Source: an uncultured Thermoplasmatales archaeon (GTDB taxonomy: Archaea > Thermoplasmatota > E2 > DHVEG-1). From it: DNA of 45,499 nt. The stretch spans positions 1 through 45,499 of the forward strand of contig CAZGIV010000002.1 of the NCBI GenBank assembly GCA_964526175.1, read 5' to 3'. A program made the translations under genes and the position numbers. The first letter of the stretch is position 1; each line of letters opens with the position of its first letter. Positions 8,308 through 18,522 of the stretch are shown here, one piece after another. Under the pieces are notes generated by a model. The model was not told the origin of the DNA. It searched no databases and saw nothing but the letters and a program-made list of their open reading frames with translations.

Positions 8308-9348
8308 ATGGAAAAACTTGAAAGACTGACCGCAAACACAGAAGAAGTCGTTACCGTCGAAGAACTGAAAACGGTGTTAAGTAAACCAAACCCAAAAGCA
8401 TACATCGGGTTTGAACCATCAGGGGTTGTGCATCTCGGTTGGGAGATTTGCACTAATAAGATAAAGGATTTCCTCGCCTGTGGTTTTGATTTTACGGTAC
8501 TGCTTGCTGATTGGCATGCCTATATCAACGATAAACTCGGTGGAGATATCGAAAAGATCAAACTCTGCGGGAAATATATGGAGGATTGCTTTGCAGCGAT
8601 GGGAGTTGATACAAGTAAGGTCCGGTTTGTGTACGCAAGTGATTATGTCAACGATGCTAAATATTGGGAGTTGGTGTTAAAGACAGCGAAAGCATCGTCG
8701 GTTGCCCGGGTGAAACGTGCGATGGACATCATGGGGCGAGGGGAAGAAGAAGCAGAAAAAGACCTTTCAAAACTGTTTTACCCAGCGATGCAGGTTTCAG
8801 ATATCTTTTATCTTGAGTTGGATGTTGCGTACGGGGGGACAGACCAACGTCACGCTCATATGCTTGCACGAGATGTGGCAAAAAAAATAGGACGGATAGC
8901 TCCTGTTGCGCTACATACACCATTGCTCACGGGGTTACAAGCAGGTGGCCGCATGAACCCAATCGAAGCAAAAATGAGTAAAAGCAAACCAGACAGCATG
9001 ATCTCGATCCATGATACCCCTGATGTAGTAATAAAGAAATTAAGCAAGGCGTACTGCCCTGAGAAACAACTCGAGGGAAACCCGGTACTTGAGATTTGTA
9101 AGTTCGTGATATTCCCTGACCTTGACGGAAAGCCTTTTTTGATTGAACGACCTGAGAAATTCGGGGGAAATCTTGAGTTTTCGACGTACGCAGACTTAGA
9201 ACACGCCTTCCTTACAGGGCTTCATCCTCTGGATTTAAAGAACGCAACAGCACATCATATTAATGCAATCCTTGAACCAGTTCATGCGTTCTTTAAGCAG
9301 CATCCTGAGAATTTTCAGAAAATGAAAGCAGCAGGTATTCTTCAATAA
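8308..9348 (+). CDS. tyrS: Tyrosine--tRNA ligase, archaeal type
   Basis: 346 aa. Motifs are AYIGFEPSGVVHLGW (HIGH region), LLADWHAY, KMSKSKP (KMSKS) and ERPEKFGG. It is collinear with the archaeal TyrRS pattern. Confidence 0.88.
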   Translation: MEKLERLTANTEEVVTVEELKTVLSKPNPKAYIGFEPSGVVHLGWEICTNKIKDFLACGFDFTVLLADWHAYINDKLGGDIEKIKLCGKYMEDCFAAMGVDTSKVRFVYASDYVNDAKYWELVLKTAKASSVARVKRAMDIMGRGEEEAEKDLSKLFYPAMQVSDIFYLELDVAYGGTDQRHAHMLARDVAKKIGRIAPVALHTPLLTGLQAGGRMNPIEAKMSKSKPDSMISIHDTPDVVIKKLSKAYCPEKQLEGNPVLEICKFVIFPDLDGKPFLIERPEKFGGNLEFSTYADLEHAFLTGLHPLDLKNATAHHINAILEPVHAFFKQHPENFQKMKAAGILQ

Positions 9349-9396
9349 CACTGGTTCTCGTTCCAAGGAAAAAAAAATAATGATAGAAAAGGGCGC

Positions 9397-12363
9397 TTAT
9401 CTCCCTTCGTTGCATGGTTCGTAGGTGTTTAACGCCGGGTCACCAAAAAGGATGTATTCCTGGAAGCTGACGTATTTTGATTCCATCATCGGGCTCAGGC
9501 CTTTCGATGCGGTGGTTTTGTATAAATCAGCGTAGTTGTTCTGTGCGAGTGCAAGATCTACCTGTGTGTCTCCTGTGTAGATATTAAGGGGAGGTGACCA
9601 CCAGAGCTGCCAGGGTGCATCTGTAGGCAAATAGCTGTTTTTTGCATTCCGTAATGCTAATCCTACACTGGTGTTGAACTTCACCAGATTGGAACAGAGA
9701 TCTTCATAGATCTTCTCCCCAAAGTGTGCATCAGGGAAGATCCCTTTATTCCACTGGCCTTTCGCTTTGATGTATTTGAGATATGTTTGAATTGGGAAAT
9801 CATATTTTGTTTTCTTTGGCTCAAGGTAACCGCCCCCAATATTTGACCCGGTAGGCGATGCAATAAGAGAAGCGACGCCAGCATGTAATAATGATTGACC
9901 AATATTGGCCCGTGCGTACATTCCATCGAGTTTCCCACAGATACAGCTTTCCAACCACATAAACGATGGCCCAAGATTCATGTTTGAAACGGTTCTTGTG
10001 TTATATTCACCTGCGGAGGCTAAGTCTCCTCCAGGGCCTATGAAACCACCAGCGATCGGTACAATAGTTTTCGTAACCAATGATTTCACAAGTGGCCCAC
10101 CAATTCCTGATGCCACTAAATCATTTCCAGCCACACCAAAGAGAAACTGATTCCCATGACCATTGACAAACAAAAAGTTGCTGGACTCAAAGATATCTCC
10201 GCCTTTAACGCTGCCTTCCCCTGCCAGTCTTCTGACCTGCCATTTTTCAAAGAAGAGCCTGTTTAAGATGTTACTGCTTTTAATTTCGGATAACGTTTGT
10301 TCGCTCAGACCCTTTTCCATACCTTCCTCATATAAAGCCCCCTGCAAGTCGAATCCTAATGGATCAACAACGTCATTTGCAGCTCGCTTATAGGTCATTT
10401 CAGCGTACCCTGTGAAGGCTTTCATAGGTTCGCCACGTTTAATCATTTTAAACAAGTCACCAAAGATGAAGTACCTGACTAACGGTTTTTGGAAATCCTG
10501 ACCTCCTCCAACGATGAGACCGTAGTTATCTTTCCAGGTATTTAGGTTGCTGGTAAGTTCATGATAGAACACGCTTTTGAGTATCAATGCACTTGCATCC
10601 TGAGCATCCCAACCGGTTATCCGACCGACAATGTTTTCAATGAAGGGATATTTATTCTCATTGTCACTATAGACATCGTTCGCTAAATTGGACCAGTCAT
10701 ACGGTATAGGGTCGATATTCCCATAGAGAACATCACTGGGGGTTCCACCACCGTTATAGTAAGCTGTATCATCAATCCCATCTCCATCAATGTCCCCGAC
10801 AGGCTCAGCATGATTTTGGTAGTAGTAATTCGGAAGAACGGTCGCATCGCCTACTAAAGCAATATACACAGGACTATCCTTGTAATAATCTCGTAATCCT
10901 TTGATGTCTCGATCATCATTCAGTGGGAGACTTGCAAGTTCAGCGAGTAAGTTGTTCAAAGGAACATGTATGTGATCAAAAAAATATTTATTTGATATCG
11001 GTACCAGCTTCGGATTTTTTCCACCCACGTAGAGACCAGGGCAGGTTTCTCCAGTATCAGTAATCTTATCATCATCAGCAGTGAACGCAAAATCAGGTGT
11101 ACCATAGATAATCCCCTTATGGTACGCAGTCAAATACGGTGCAACAGAGGATAGACATTTCATCATGGGATAGACAGGGTCTTCGAGTTTTTCGACCACA
11201 ACTCGAGCGGACACTTCCCCTTCTTTTTGTATTAACCAGGTACCGCTAGCAACAATGGTATACTCAACGCCACCTCGTCCATAGACGACTGATTCAGAAT
11301 AAACAACATCTTTGATGATGTTCCCACTTGCGTCCCTTTCGGCGATACCACCTGCATTTGTACCCCCGGGATTTACTTCAAATTTTTTTAAACCGGCTGG
11401 TACTCCTTCTATATTAGGGCCCATCATAAATGATACCTTGTCCCCCATAGTGTCACAATTTTCAGCATCATGGTTCACCCCTTCGAATTTAATCAATGCA
11501 TATTTATAATCCTTAGGGATGGTGAAACTCCAGGTGACCGAACCTTTCCCGGATAACAGCCCAAAAACAGTACTTACAAGCTCGCTCATGGAGCCTGATT
11601 TTATTTTTGTCGGTCCAAAGGTAAACTCCTGACTATCTAACACCATCGGTGGCCAAGCATCCACTGGATTTGTAAGAGTAATATAGTCGACGTTCTGCTT
11701 CAGTTTATTTTCAACAACGATAATCGATGCGTTCAAAACCTCATCAACGGAATTAAATCTTAACACATAACCGAAACCCTTGATATTGTTACCACAGACA
11801 ATGGTTTTTTCCACACCAAGGTCGTTTAGAACGCTAATCACATCAGAATCCATTTCTTTGGTGACAATCACGGGAATCCTCAGATAAGAAGCGATAGGGG
11901 TAGCCAATACACCTAAATCATATCCAGGTTCATCATATTCGATAATTAAGGCTGCTTCACTACTGGTCCAGTAGGTTTTTGCAATTCGTAAAGAGGCGTT
12001 TTCGGCAGATTCATCATCCTTAATTGTTTCACTAGTGAACCCATGGTCTAACTGATCTTGCAGCCGTGTAACCGCTGTTGATGGGTTATCAAAATTCATG
12101 ACGTATAGTGGTATAACTGATTGTTCTCCGTTCTCATTATAATTCACGGACAATGGTGTTGCTATAAGTGGGTAAAATGGACAGCTATCAGAAACAGTAA
12201 TAGAACCAGGCATATCTTTTAAGTTGCCAGTGACATCAATAAATTCATTTGCTCTCACAGGCTGCGATTCTGCGGTATTTGGGACCCAATAATACACACC
12301 AATTGAGGCAAAAATAAGTGTAGCTACGCCTAACACTACAATTATTTTATCATTTTTCATCAT
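9397..12363 (-). CDS. Large membrane-anchored/secreted protein with a C-terminal peptidase C25 (gingipain)-like cysteine-peptidase region
   Basis: 988 aa with an N-terminal hydrophobic anchor (IIVVLGVATLIFASIGVYYW). A putative His/Cys dyad is formed by FLFVNGHGNQ and MWLESCICGK. A T9 run follows the stop on the coding strand. Confidence 0.5.
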   Translation of the reverse strand: MMKNDKIIVVLGVATLIFASIGVYYWVPNTAESQPVRANEFIDVTGNLKDMPGSITVSDSCPFYPLIATPLSVNYNENGEQSVIPLYVMNFDNPSTAVTRLQDQLDHGFTSETIKDDESAENASLRIAKTYWTSSEAALIIEYDEPGYDLGVLATPIASYLRIPVIVTKEMDSDVISVLNDLGVEKTIVCGNNIKGFGYVLRFNSVDEVLNASIIVVENKLKQNVDYITLTNPVDAWPPMVLDSQEFTFGPTKIKSGSMSELVSTVFGLLSGKGSVTWSFTIPKDYKYALIKFEGVNHDAENCDTMGDKVSFMMGPNIEGVPAGLKKFEVNPGGTNAGGIAERDASGNIIKDVVYSESVVYGRGGVEYTIVASGTWLIQKEGEVSARVVVEKLEDPVYPMMKCLSSVAPYLTAYHKGIIYGTPDFAFTADDDKITDTGETCPGLYVGGKNPKLVPISNKYFFDHIHVPLNNLLAELASLPLNDDRDIKGLRDYYKDSPVYIALVGDATVLPNYYYQNHAEPVGDIDGDGIDDTAYYNGGGTPSDVLYGNIDPIPYDWSNLANDVYSDNENKYPFIENIVGRITGWDAQDASALILKSVFYHELTSNLNTWKDNYGLIVGGGQDFQKPLVRYFIFGDLFKMIKRGEPMKAFTGYAEMTYKRAANDVVDPLGFDLQGALYEEGMEKGLSEQTLSEIKSSNILNRLFFEKWQVRRLAGEGSVKGGDIFESSNFLFVNGHGNQFLFGVAGNDLVASGIGGPLVKSLVTKTIVPIAGGFIGPGGDLASAGEYNTRTVSNMNLGPSFMWLESCICGKLDGMYARANIGQSLLHAGVASLIASPTGSNIGGGYLEPKKTKYDFPIQTYLKYIKAKGQWNKGIFPDAHFGEKIYEDLCSNLVKFNTSVGLALRNAKNSYLPTDAPWQLWWSPPLNIYTGDTQVDLALAQNNYADLYKTTASKGLSPMMESKYVSFQEYILFGDPALNTYEPCNEGR

Positions 12364-12535
12364 ATTTTTAATCCCCCATTTAGGATAATAATATCTTTCT
12401 CTGTATATTTGGAACTTTCTATATAATATTTTCTATTATATATATGATAGGGGTTTTGCATATATAACTTTTTGTGAAATGAATATGTTTAAGAAGGAGA
12501 CGATTATTACCACCAACAAAAGGAGAAAAAACAGA

Positions 12536-12913
12536 ATGCCAGGTGAAGAATTATCTCCTCAGCTGCAGGATCAAATCAACAGATTACAACAGGCACGAGC
12601 ACAACTTCAGATGATCTCACAACAACGACAACAGGTGGAACTTCAAATTAAAGAAACCGAAGAGGCATTAAAGGAAATCGAAACAGTCACTGAAAAAACA
12701 CCTATTTACAAAAGCATTGGTGCCTTATTAATTAAAACAAAAGGAAAAAGTGATATTAAAAAGGAATTAACTGCTGCCAAAGAGTCTCTAGAATTGCGAA
12801 AAACAACTTTGGAAAAGCAAGAGGGACGTAGCAGAGAAAAACTCACTGAGTTGCAGAGTAAAGTGGAAAGTTCCTTAAAGTTAGCGGGTGGAGCAGGAAA
12901 CCTGAATGGTTAA
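12536..12913 (+). CDS. pfdB: Prefoldin beta subunit
   Basis: It has a coiled-coil / beta-hairpin / coiled-coil layout (QLQDQINRLQQARAQLQ...PIYKSIGALLIK...LELRKTTLEKQE). I prefer the ATG at 12536, which is preceded by AGGAG, over the upstream ORF start at 12479. Confidence 0.75.
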   Translation: MPGEELSPQLQDQINRLQQARAQLQMISQQRQQVELQIKETEEALKEIETVTEKTPIYKSIGALLIKTKGKSDIKKELTAAKESLELRKTTLEKQEGRSREKLTELQSKVESSLKLAGGAGNLNG

Positions 12914-13199
12914 AAAACATTTTTTCTCAGCACACAATGATCTGAAAACAGGGTTTTTCTGTCGATTTTCTCTGATCATCGGCTGTCTTCTTTTTATTAT
13001 TTACCTCGTGGAAACACTACTCCATCCATTTGGATTCAATGATGATACCATTGGTGCTCTCCTTGCATTTGCGATCCTCTTTTTAGGTCTCGGATTAATC
13101 TTGTATTTCTTTTCGTGTCAATTTACAAAGCTTTCAAAGATAGCAGAAGAAGTTGAAAATGACGCGTCTCTGATGGATAAAGAAGAAACCAAGGAGTAA
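12906..13199 (+). CDS. Small hypothetical membrane protein (2 hydrophobic segments)
   Basis: 97-aa ORF overlapping the pfdB stop by 8 nt. It has two hydrophobic stretches and no recognisable family. Confidence 0.4.
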   Translation: MVKKHFFSAHNDLKTGFFCRFSLIIGCLLFIIYLVETLLHPFGFNDDTIGALLAFAILFLGLGLILYFFSCQFTKLSKIAEEVENDASLMDKEETKE

Positions 13200-13206
13200 T
13201 AGGGTC

Positions 13207-14067
13207 TCATTTCCCGAAACGCCGTTTTCTTTGCTGATAGGTCTGTATCGCCTGTAGGAAGTCGCGTCTTTGGAGGGCAGGCCAGTATACATCACAGAAA
13301 TAGAGTTCTGAATACGCAAGTTGCCATAATAAGAAGTTCGATATACGCTCTTCTCCAGAGGTTCGAAGGATGAGATCAGGGTCAGGTAAACCACGGGTAT
13401 AAAGATAAGAGGAGACCGTCTTTTGAGAAATATCTTTCACTTTCAGTTTCCCCTTTTTAATGTCACGTCCCATATGTTGGATTGCTTGGATGATTTCTTC
13501 TCGACCGCCATAGGCAAGTGCGATGTTCAAATGATATGTTTTATACGATCGAGTCATCTCCATAATAGACTGTGCTGATTGTTGAATGTCTTTTGGTAAT
13601 GACTTAAGGCGACCAAGAACCCGTATCCGTACTTTATTTTTATGAATCCGGGAATCTTCCTTTGCCTGATCCAACTCTTGCTTTAACAACAACATCAATG
13701 TTTTGACTTCCTGTTCGCTTCGTTTAAAATTCTCAGTGGAAAATGCAAAAACCGTTAGAACACGTATTTTAAGATCAAAACACCAATCCAGAACCTCTTC
13801 AATTTTTTCTTTCCCAAATATATGCCCAGCTTCCCACGAGAACCCAAGTTCCTGGGCAAACCTGCGGTTTCCATCCATGATTATCGCAATATGCTTCGGG
13901 AGAGGATGTTGTTTTATCTCCTCAAGGAGTTTGTCATCGCGAAACTCATTGACTTTCATTGAAAATAAACTGTAGAACGAAGAACGGTAGAACGCCGCCA
14001 GAATCCTTTTTCCGGTTGGGCTACGTATAACATATTTTTCCCATTCATCGATTTTTTTACCGGCCAA
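13207..14067 (-). CDS. uppS: Undecaprenyl-diphosphate synthase-type cis-prenyltransferase
   Basis: Motifs are HIAIIMDGNRRFA and RTSGEERISNFLLWQLAYSELYF. Confidence 0.88.
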   Translation of the reverse strand: MAGKKIDEWEKYVIRSPTGKRILAAFYRSSFYSLFSMKVNEFRDDKLLEEIKQHPLPKHIAIIMDGNRRFAQELGFSWEAGHIFGKEKIEEVLDWCFDLKIRVLTVFAFSTENFKRSEQEVKTLMLLLKQELDQAKEDSRIHKNKVRIRVLGRLKSLPKDIQQSAQSIMEMTRSYKTYHLNIALAYGGREEIIQAIQHMGRDIKKGKLKVKDISQKTVSSYLYTRGLPDPDLILRTSGEERISNFLLWQLAYSELYFCDVYWPALQRRDFLQAIQTYQQRKRRFGK

Positions 14068-14228
14068 GGCTCTCAGTGACGGTTTTTGAGAACTAATGAT
14101 GTTCCCTCCAGAGAGTTCAATACCGATGCCATTATATAGATTTAGTGATGATATTCTCTTGAAATAAACATATAATACACAAAAAATGAGATATTGAATA
14201 ATCGTAAATCCCTTAATGGTTAAATCCC

Positions 14229-14945
14229 TTACAATCCAACGTCTTGGGTAGCCTTGGAAAGTTCATGTGTTATTTCTAAAATATCCTTTTCATAGCTTAC
14301 TGGATCTTCAAGTGCCCTGATGGTATCTTCAAGTTCTCGTTTTTCTGCTCCTGTAATACCTTTCACGTCAAGAACCTGCTTTAGCAAAGGAATTGCATCG
14401 CCTCGCCCCTGTTGCACAAAATTATAGGTGAAATCCTCAATGTGGAACCATCCTTTGTATCGCCATGGTTTACTGATAAAATCCTTCGTGATTGAAACCA
14501 TGAAATCATATGGTGCTGGACCAATAATCCCAGTTAACGCACCTACCAAATACGAGTTATATCTTTTATTGTCAAACGTGTCCTCAAGATCTTCGATAAT
14601 GGGGATAATAGAAGAATCTCCGATATCCTGAAGCGCAAACATTGCTTCTTCATTTGCCATGGAATCATCAGATTCTCTTTTTAAAAAACCGATAATCGCA
14701 GGAACTGCCTGGGGGTCTTTGGTTTCACGAAAAATCGTTATCGCAAAAAAACAACTCCAAGTAAATTCAGTACGGAGGAGTTCAATTAGTTCGTGAGTTG
14801 CTTGGTTCCCTAATTGGATAAGTTCTTGGACAGTATTGCGAGCGTACTTTCGGACCTCGTTTTCTTCTTTATTGTAAAATTCCTCGGTATCAAGTGATTT
14901 TAAAAACTCAATATGTTTATTCAGCATCTCTACCTGGTTTTGCAT
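14229..14945 (-). CDS. Hypothetical protein, HEAT-repeat-like
   Basis: 238 aa and predicted to be helical. AVPAIIGFLKRESDDSMANEEAMFALQDIGDSSIIPIIEDL resembles PBS-lyase/HEAT repeats. Confidence 0.35.
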   Translation of the reverse strand: MQNQVEMLNKHIEFLKSLDTEEFYNKEENEVRKYARNTVQELIQLGNQATHELIELLRTEFTWSCFFAITIFRETKDPQAVPAIIGFLKRESDDSMANEEAMFALQDIGDSSIIPIIEDLEDTFDNKRYNSYLVGALTGIIGPAPYDFMVSITKDFISKPWRYKGWFHIEDFTYNFVQQGRGDAIPLLKQVLDVKGITGAEKRELEDTIRALEDPVSYEKDILEITHELSKATQDVGL

Positions 14946-15101
14946 AGGTGCCCCTCAATATAGTAAAGAGATTCTCGTTACTTAAATATTTGTTCATCTT
15001 AGATGGAACGTAATATCCATCAAGCAAATGTCTTTTGATAGAACGAAGAAACCACTGCTGTGAATTGGATAGAGGAACATGTGGAATCGTTCGATAACAC
15101 C

Positions 15102-16295
15102 TTAGTTGGGGTGTTTCGAATTTTTCACAAAGGTGAACAACAAGAGAGAACAAATGCTCAGAGCAAGGGCAAAGAGAAACGTCGCCTGCGGAGAGAACGT
15201 ATCCCAAAGAATTCCTGCGATAAAACCAGCAGGCAGCGCAATTACACCGGTTGCTGTATGGAAGGTCCCTAAGGCAGTACCTTTAATATCAGGGGGGGCT
15301 AAATCCACAACGAAGGCACGCTGTACGCCATCAATGAAGCCAAAGAAAACACCATAGAGAATAAAGACAAATATAAGCATGTACAGCTGCGCGGTGTACA
15401 TAAGGCAAATTGCAGTAGCTGCAAATAAGATATATCCTGCAATAAGAACTGGTTTTCTACCGATTTTATCAGAGAGTATCCCTGCAGGGATGGCACATAA
15501 CGTATACACAATATAAAATAATACATAGAGAAGCAGTGCGATATTATCAGAAAAACCAATGTTTTTTGTCTTTAAGATCAAGAACGCATACCCGAAATTT
15601 GCTAAAGCAAATATGGTTGAAACAAGGATGAATATCTGGAGGTTACGAGGGAGTCGTCTCATACTCACACGAAACGGTATCGACGCTTGTTTCATGGGTA
15701 TGTTTTGTTCGCGTTTCTCTTTGATAAACAGGACGAACAGGACTGCGATGATTCCCGGGAAGAATGCTAAGAGAAAAAGGTCTCGGTACCCAAATAACGG
15801 TAAAAGAATAACTGCGATAATTGCACCGGAAAACGAACCAATACCATCCATTGCTCGTTGGAAACCATACGCTTTTCCCCTCACGGAAACATCCACTGAT
15901 TCTGCGATAATCGCATCTCGTGGCGCATCTCTGATTCCTTTTCCAACTCGTTCGACAACACGGAACAATAGAACAAACGGCCAGGACTGCGCAAATGCAA
16001 AGAGTGGTTTTGTAAGAGAGGAAAGCCCATAACCAGCAAAAACAAATGGTTTTCTTCTCTTAACTTTATCAGACCAATATCCAGAAAAGACTTTAAGCAG
16101 TGAAGCAGTTGCTTCAGCTGCTCCTTCAACAAGACCTACAACCCATGCACTTGCACCAAGGGAGAGTAAAAACAAAGGGACAACAGGAAACACCATTTGA
16201 CTTGAGAGATCAGTAAACAAACTGACAAAACCAACAATAATAATATTCCGAGCCAACCCTTTAAAAAATGACTCTTTGTTCATGGTCTGCCTCAT
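15102..16295 (-). CDS. MFS transporter
   Basis: It has multiple hydrophobic segments and the loop motif GYWSDKVKRRKP (MFS motif A-like), repeated as GILSDKIGRKP in the second half. I chose a start at Met62 (16295) or Met66 (16283). The longer ORF reaching 16478 would overlap the divergent ABC gene. Confidence 0.75.
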   Translation of the reverse strand: MRQTMNKESFFKGLARNIIIVGFVSLFTDLSSQMVFPVVPLFLLSLGASAWVVGLVEGAAEATASLLKVFSGYWSDKVKRRKPFVFAGYGLSSLTKPLFAFAQSWPFVLLFRVVERVGKGIRDAPRDAIIAESVDVSVRGKAYGFQRAMDGIGSFSGAIIAVILLPLFGYRDLFLLAFFPGIIAVLFVLFIKEKREQNIPMKQASIPFRVSMRRLPRNLQIFILVSTIFALANFGYAFLILKTKNIGFSDNIALLLYVLFYIVYTLCAIPAGILSDKIGRKPVLIAGYILFAATAICLMYTAQLYMLIFVFILYGVFFGFIDGVQRAFVVDLAPPDIKGTALGTFHTATGVIALPAGFIAGILWDTFSPQATFLFALALSICSLLLFTFVKNSKHPN

Positions 16296-16402
16296 GGCCG
16301 ATTCAGTAATTTCGTTGTGCACATACGTTTTCTTCGTTTCAGTGTTTCGGTTTGAGGAAGAGAATACCTTAAAAGGAAAAAACAAATACGAGGAACGGGA
16401 GT

Positions 16403-17119
16403 ATGTCAGCAGTTGAAGTAAAAAATTTAGTGAAGAAATACGGGTCAATAGATGCGGTGAAAGGTATCTCGTTCTCAATAGACGAAGGAGAAATCTTTGG
16501 ACTTATCGGCCCGAATGGAGCAGGAAAGACGACGGCCTTACGGGTGATGTCCACCCTTCTGTCAATAAACGGTGGATCGGTCACCATATTAGGATACGAC
16601 CTGAGTAAACAGGCCCCGGAAATCAGAAGGCTTATTAGTTATCTCCCTGAGGATGCGGGGGCGTATAAGAATCTAAGTGGGAGAGCGTATCTGCAGTTCA
16701 TCGCGAATTTCTTTGATCCAAAGGAAGTCCCAGCTATGGTACAAAAAGGTATCGAGATTACGAATCTTGGGGTGCGTATCGATGACCGAGTTGATACCTA
16801 CAGTAAAGGAATGATGCGTCGACTGCTTGTAGGGAGAGCATTAATGACCAACCCGAAACTCGCCATCCTTGATGAGCCGACCTCTGGCCTTGATGTCATC
16901 AACGCTCAGGAGATACGAAAATTAATAAAGTCCACCGCGCAGACCGGTACGACCGTGCTTCTCTCATCCCATAACATGCTTGAGGTAGAGTATCTCTGTG
17001 ACCGAATCGCTTTAATCGCTGAAGGAAAAATAGTTGAAACAGGTAAACCAAAGGCGTTAATGGAGAAATATAAAGCACGTAATATCGAAGAAGTCTTCAT
17101 ACGGACGGTGCATGAATGA
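16403..17119 (+). CDS. ABC transporter ATP-binding protein (ABC-2 type)
   Basis: Walker A is GPNGAGKTT, the signature is YSKGMMRRL and Walker B is ILDEPTSGLD. The stop overlaps the next start. Confidence 0.85.
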   Translation: MSAVEVKNLVKKYGSIDAVKGISFSIDEGEIFGLIGPNGAGKTTALRVMSTLLSINGGSVTILGYDLSKQAPEIRRLISYLPEDAGAYKNLSGRAYLQFIANFFDPKEVPAMVQKGIEITNLGVRIDDRVDTYSKGMMRRLLVGRALMTNPKLAILDEPTSGLDVINAQEIRKLIKSTAQTGTTVLLSSHNMLEVEYLCDRIALIAEGKIVETGKPKALMEKYKARNIEEVFIRTVHE

Positions 17120-18396
17120 GCGGACTAGGAAACATCACAAAAAAAGAGATACGAGAGCTCCTCACACCAGCAACATTCATCCCTATTATCGTTATCGCCT
17201 TGATTTTTGCTACCATGGGAACCAGTTTACAAGGCATGCAAGAACAAGCACAAGAACCACCAATCATCGGAGTCATTTCAGAAGATAACAGCAGTTATAG
17301 TGCGATGGCTTCTACAGTCCTGCATACGTACGCAAAATCAGTGTATAACTCGACATCGACTGCGGATCTACAGATCGGACTCCAGACCGTCGAACAACAT
17401 AACGGGGTCGCAGTCGTGATCATCCCAGGAAATTTCTCAGAACGGATCACAGAAGGACAACAAGGAACCCTTGAAGTGTACTGGATCATGAAAGGCACAG
17501 GCTTAATGGATTCCATCTCCTCAAGTATCCTTGAATCGTTACTTTCGTTCATCAGCACTAACGTTTCAAAAGAACTTATCAAACAGAATTCAACAGTGAA
17601 CGCCTCGTTTGTCCTCTCACCAACACAACGGATTGAAACCACCTATTATAAAAATAGGGAGTTTGCTGGACTTTCACCAAACACGATTTCAGGTATGCTG
17701 ACATCTCAATCGATACTAATCCCAATTGTCATGATGATGATCATCGTTATGGCTGGCAGTATCGTGATTACCTCCATGGCACTTGAAAAGGAAAATAAAA
17801 CTCTTGAGACGTTACTCACCTTACCAGTGAAACGAACCAGTATTGTCACCGGGAAAATTATTGCGGCAGCAATTATTGGATTGCTCCTCGCTGTTATCTA
17901 CATGATTGGAATGCAGTTTTATTTCAGAGGCTTCGAGATGTCAGGCGGAGTGAATCTAGCGGCGTACGGTCTTACCCTTTCCTCAACAGATTTCATTTGG
18001 GTCGGCATCTCACTATTTCTTGCGCTCATCGCAGGGCTTTCACTGTGTATGCTGCTTGGAACCTTTGCGAAGAACTACAAGAGTGCACAAACACTCACCT
18101 TCCCGATAACGATGCTTGCGATGATACCGATGTTTATCACAATGTTCGCAGATTTTGATACCCTCCCCTTACCGATTAAGATATTGACGTTTGCGATTCC
18201 ATTTTCCCATCCAATGATGGCATCACGAGCGTTGCTGTTTGATGATTACATACTTGTCATCGGAGGTATTGTGTATGTTGGTCTGTTTGCCTTGGTTACC
18301 ATTAGCATCGTGGTGTGGGTGTTTAAAACCGATCGATTGCTCACCGGTACAATGAAATTCAAGTGGCTAAAAGCATTAAAACGAAGACGATTCTGA
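17116..18396 (+). CDS. ABC-2 type transporter permease
   Basis: 426 aa. It has an N-terminal TM segment, a large extracytoplasmic loop, then 5 hydrophobic segments. It is coupled to the upstream ATPase gene. Confidence 0.7.
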   Translation: MSGLGNITKKEIRELLTPATFIPIIVIALIFATMGTSLQGMQEQAQEPPIIGVISEDNSSYSAMASTVLHTYAKSVYNSTSTADLQIGLQTVEQHNGVAVVIIPGNFSERITEGQQGTLEVYWIMKGTGLMDSISSSILESLLSFISTNVSKELIKQNSTVNASFVLSPTQRIETTYYKNREFAGLSPNTISGMLTSQSILIPIVMMMIIVMAGSIVITSMALEKENKTLETLLTLPVKRTSIVTGKIIAAAIIGLLLAVIYMIGMQFYFRGFEMSGGVNLAAYGLTLSSTDFIWVGISLFLALIAGLSLCMLLGTFAKNYKSAQTLTFPITMLAMIPMFITMFADFDTLPLPIKILTFAIPFSHPMMASRALLFDDYILVIGGIVYVGLFALVTISIVVWVFKTDRLLTGTMKFKWLKALKRRRF

Positions 18397-18522
18397 TAAA
18401 GAACCATTACTCATTTTCACATACGCTATGGATTAATTAGGAGAAGAAAACAAATATTCCTCTTAGTATGGAGCAAACCTTTTTATAGCGCAACAGCTAC
18501 TCTTTTTGTAAGGGGATAATCT

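Noticed and set aside
12364-12478. TATA-rich stretch (tatatatatgatag, ctatataata), considered as a microsatellite or regulatory repeat.
   Set aside because: It is a short divergent promoter region between the C25-like gene and pfdB. There is no periodic repeat beyond the TA-richness expected of archaeal TATA boxes.
15559-16032. 157-aa plus-strand ORF.
   Set aside because: It lies antisense within the MFS transporter gene and has an Arg/Asn-rich shadow-ORF composition.
16296-16478. N-terminal 61-residue extension of the MFS ORF (MRTRYLSPHLL...).
   Set aside because: It would overlap the start of the divergent ABC ATPase gene and it is not hydrophobic or MFS-like. The internal Met62/Met66 give a normal N-terminus.
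16403-17119. Apparently degenerate ABC signature motif (YSKGMMRRL instead of LSGGQ).
   Set aside because: This variant is normal for ABC-2/CcmA-like exporter ATPases. Walker A and Walker B are intact.
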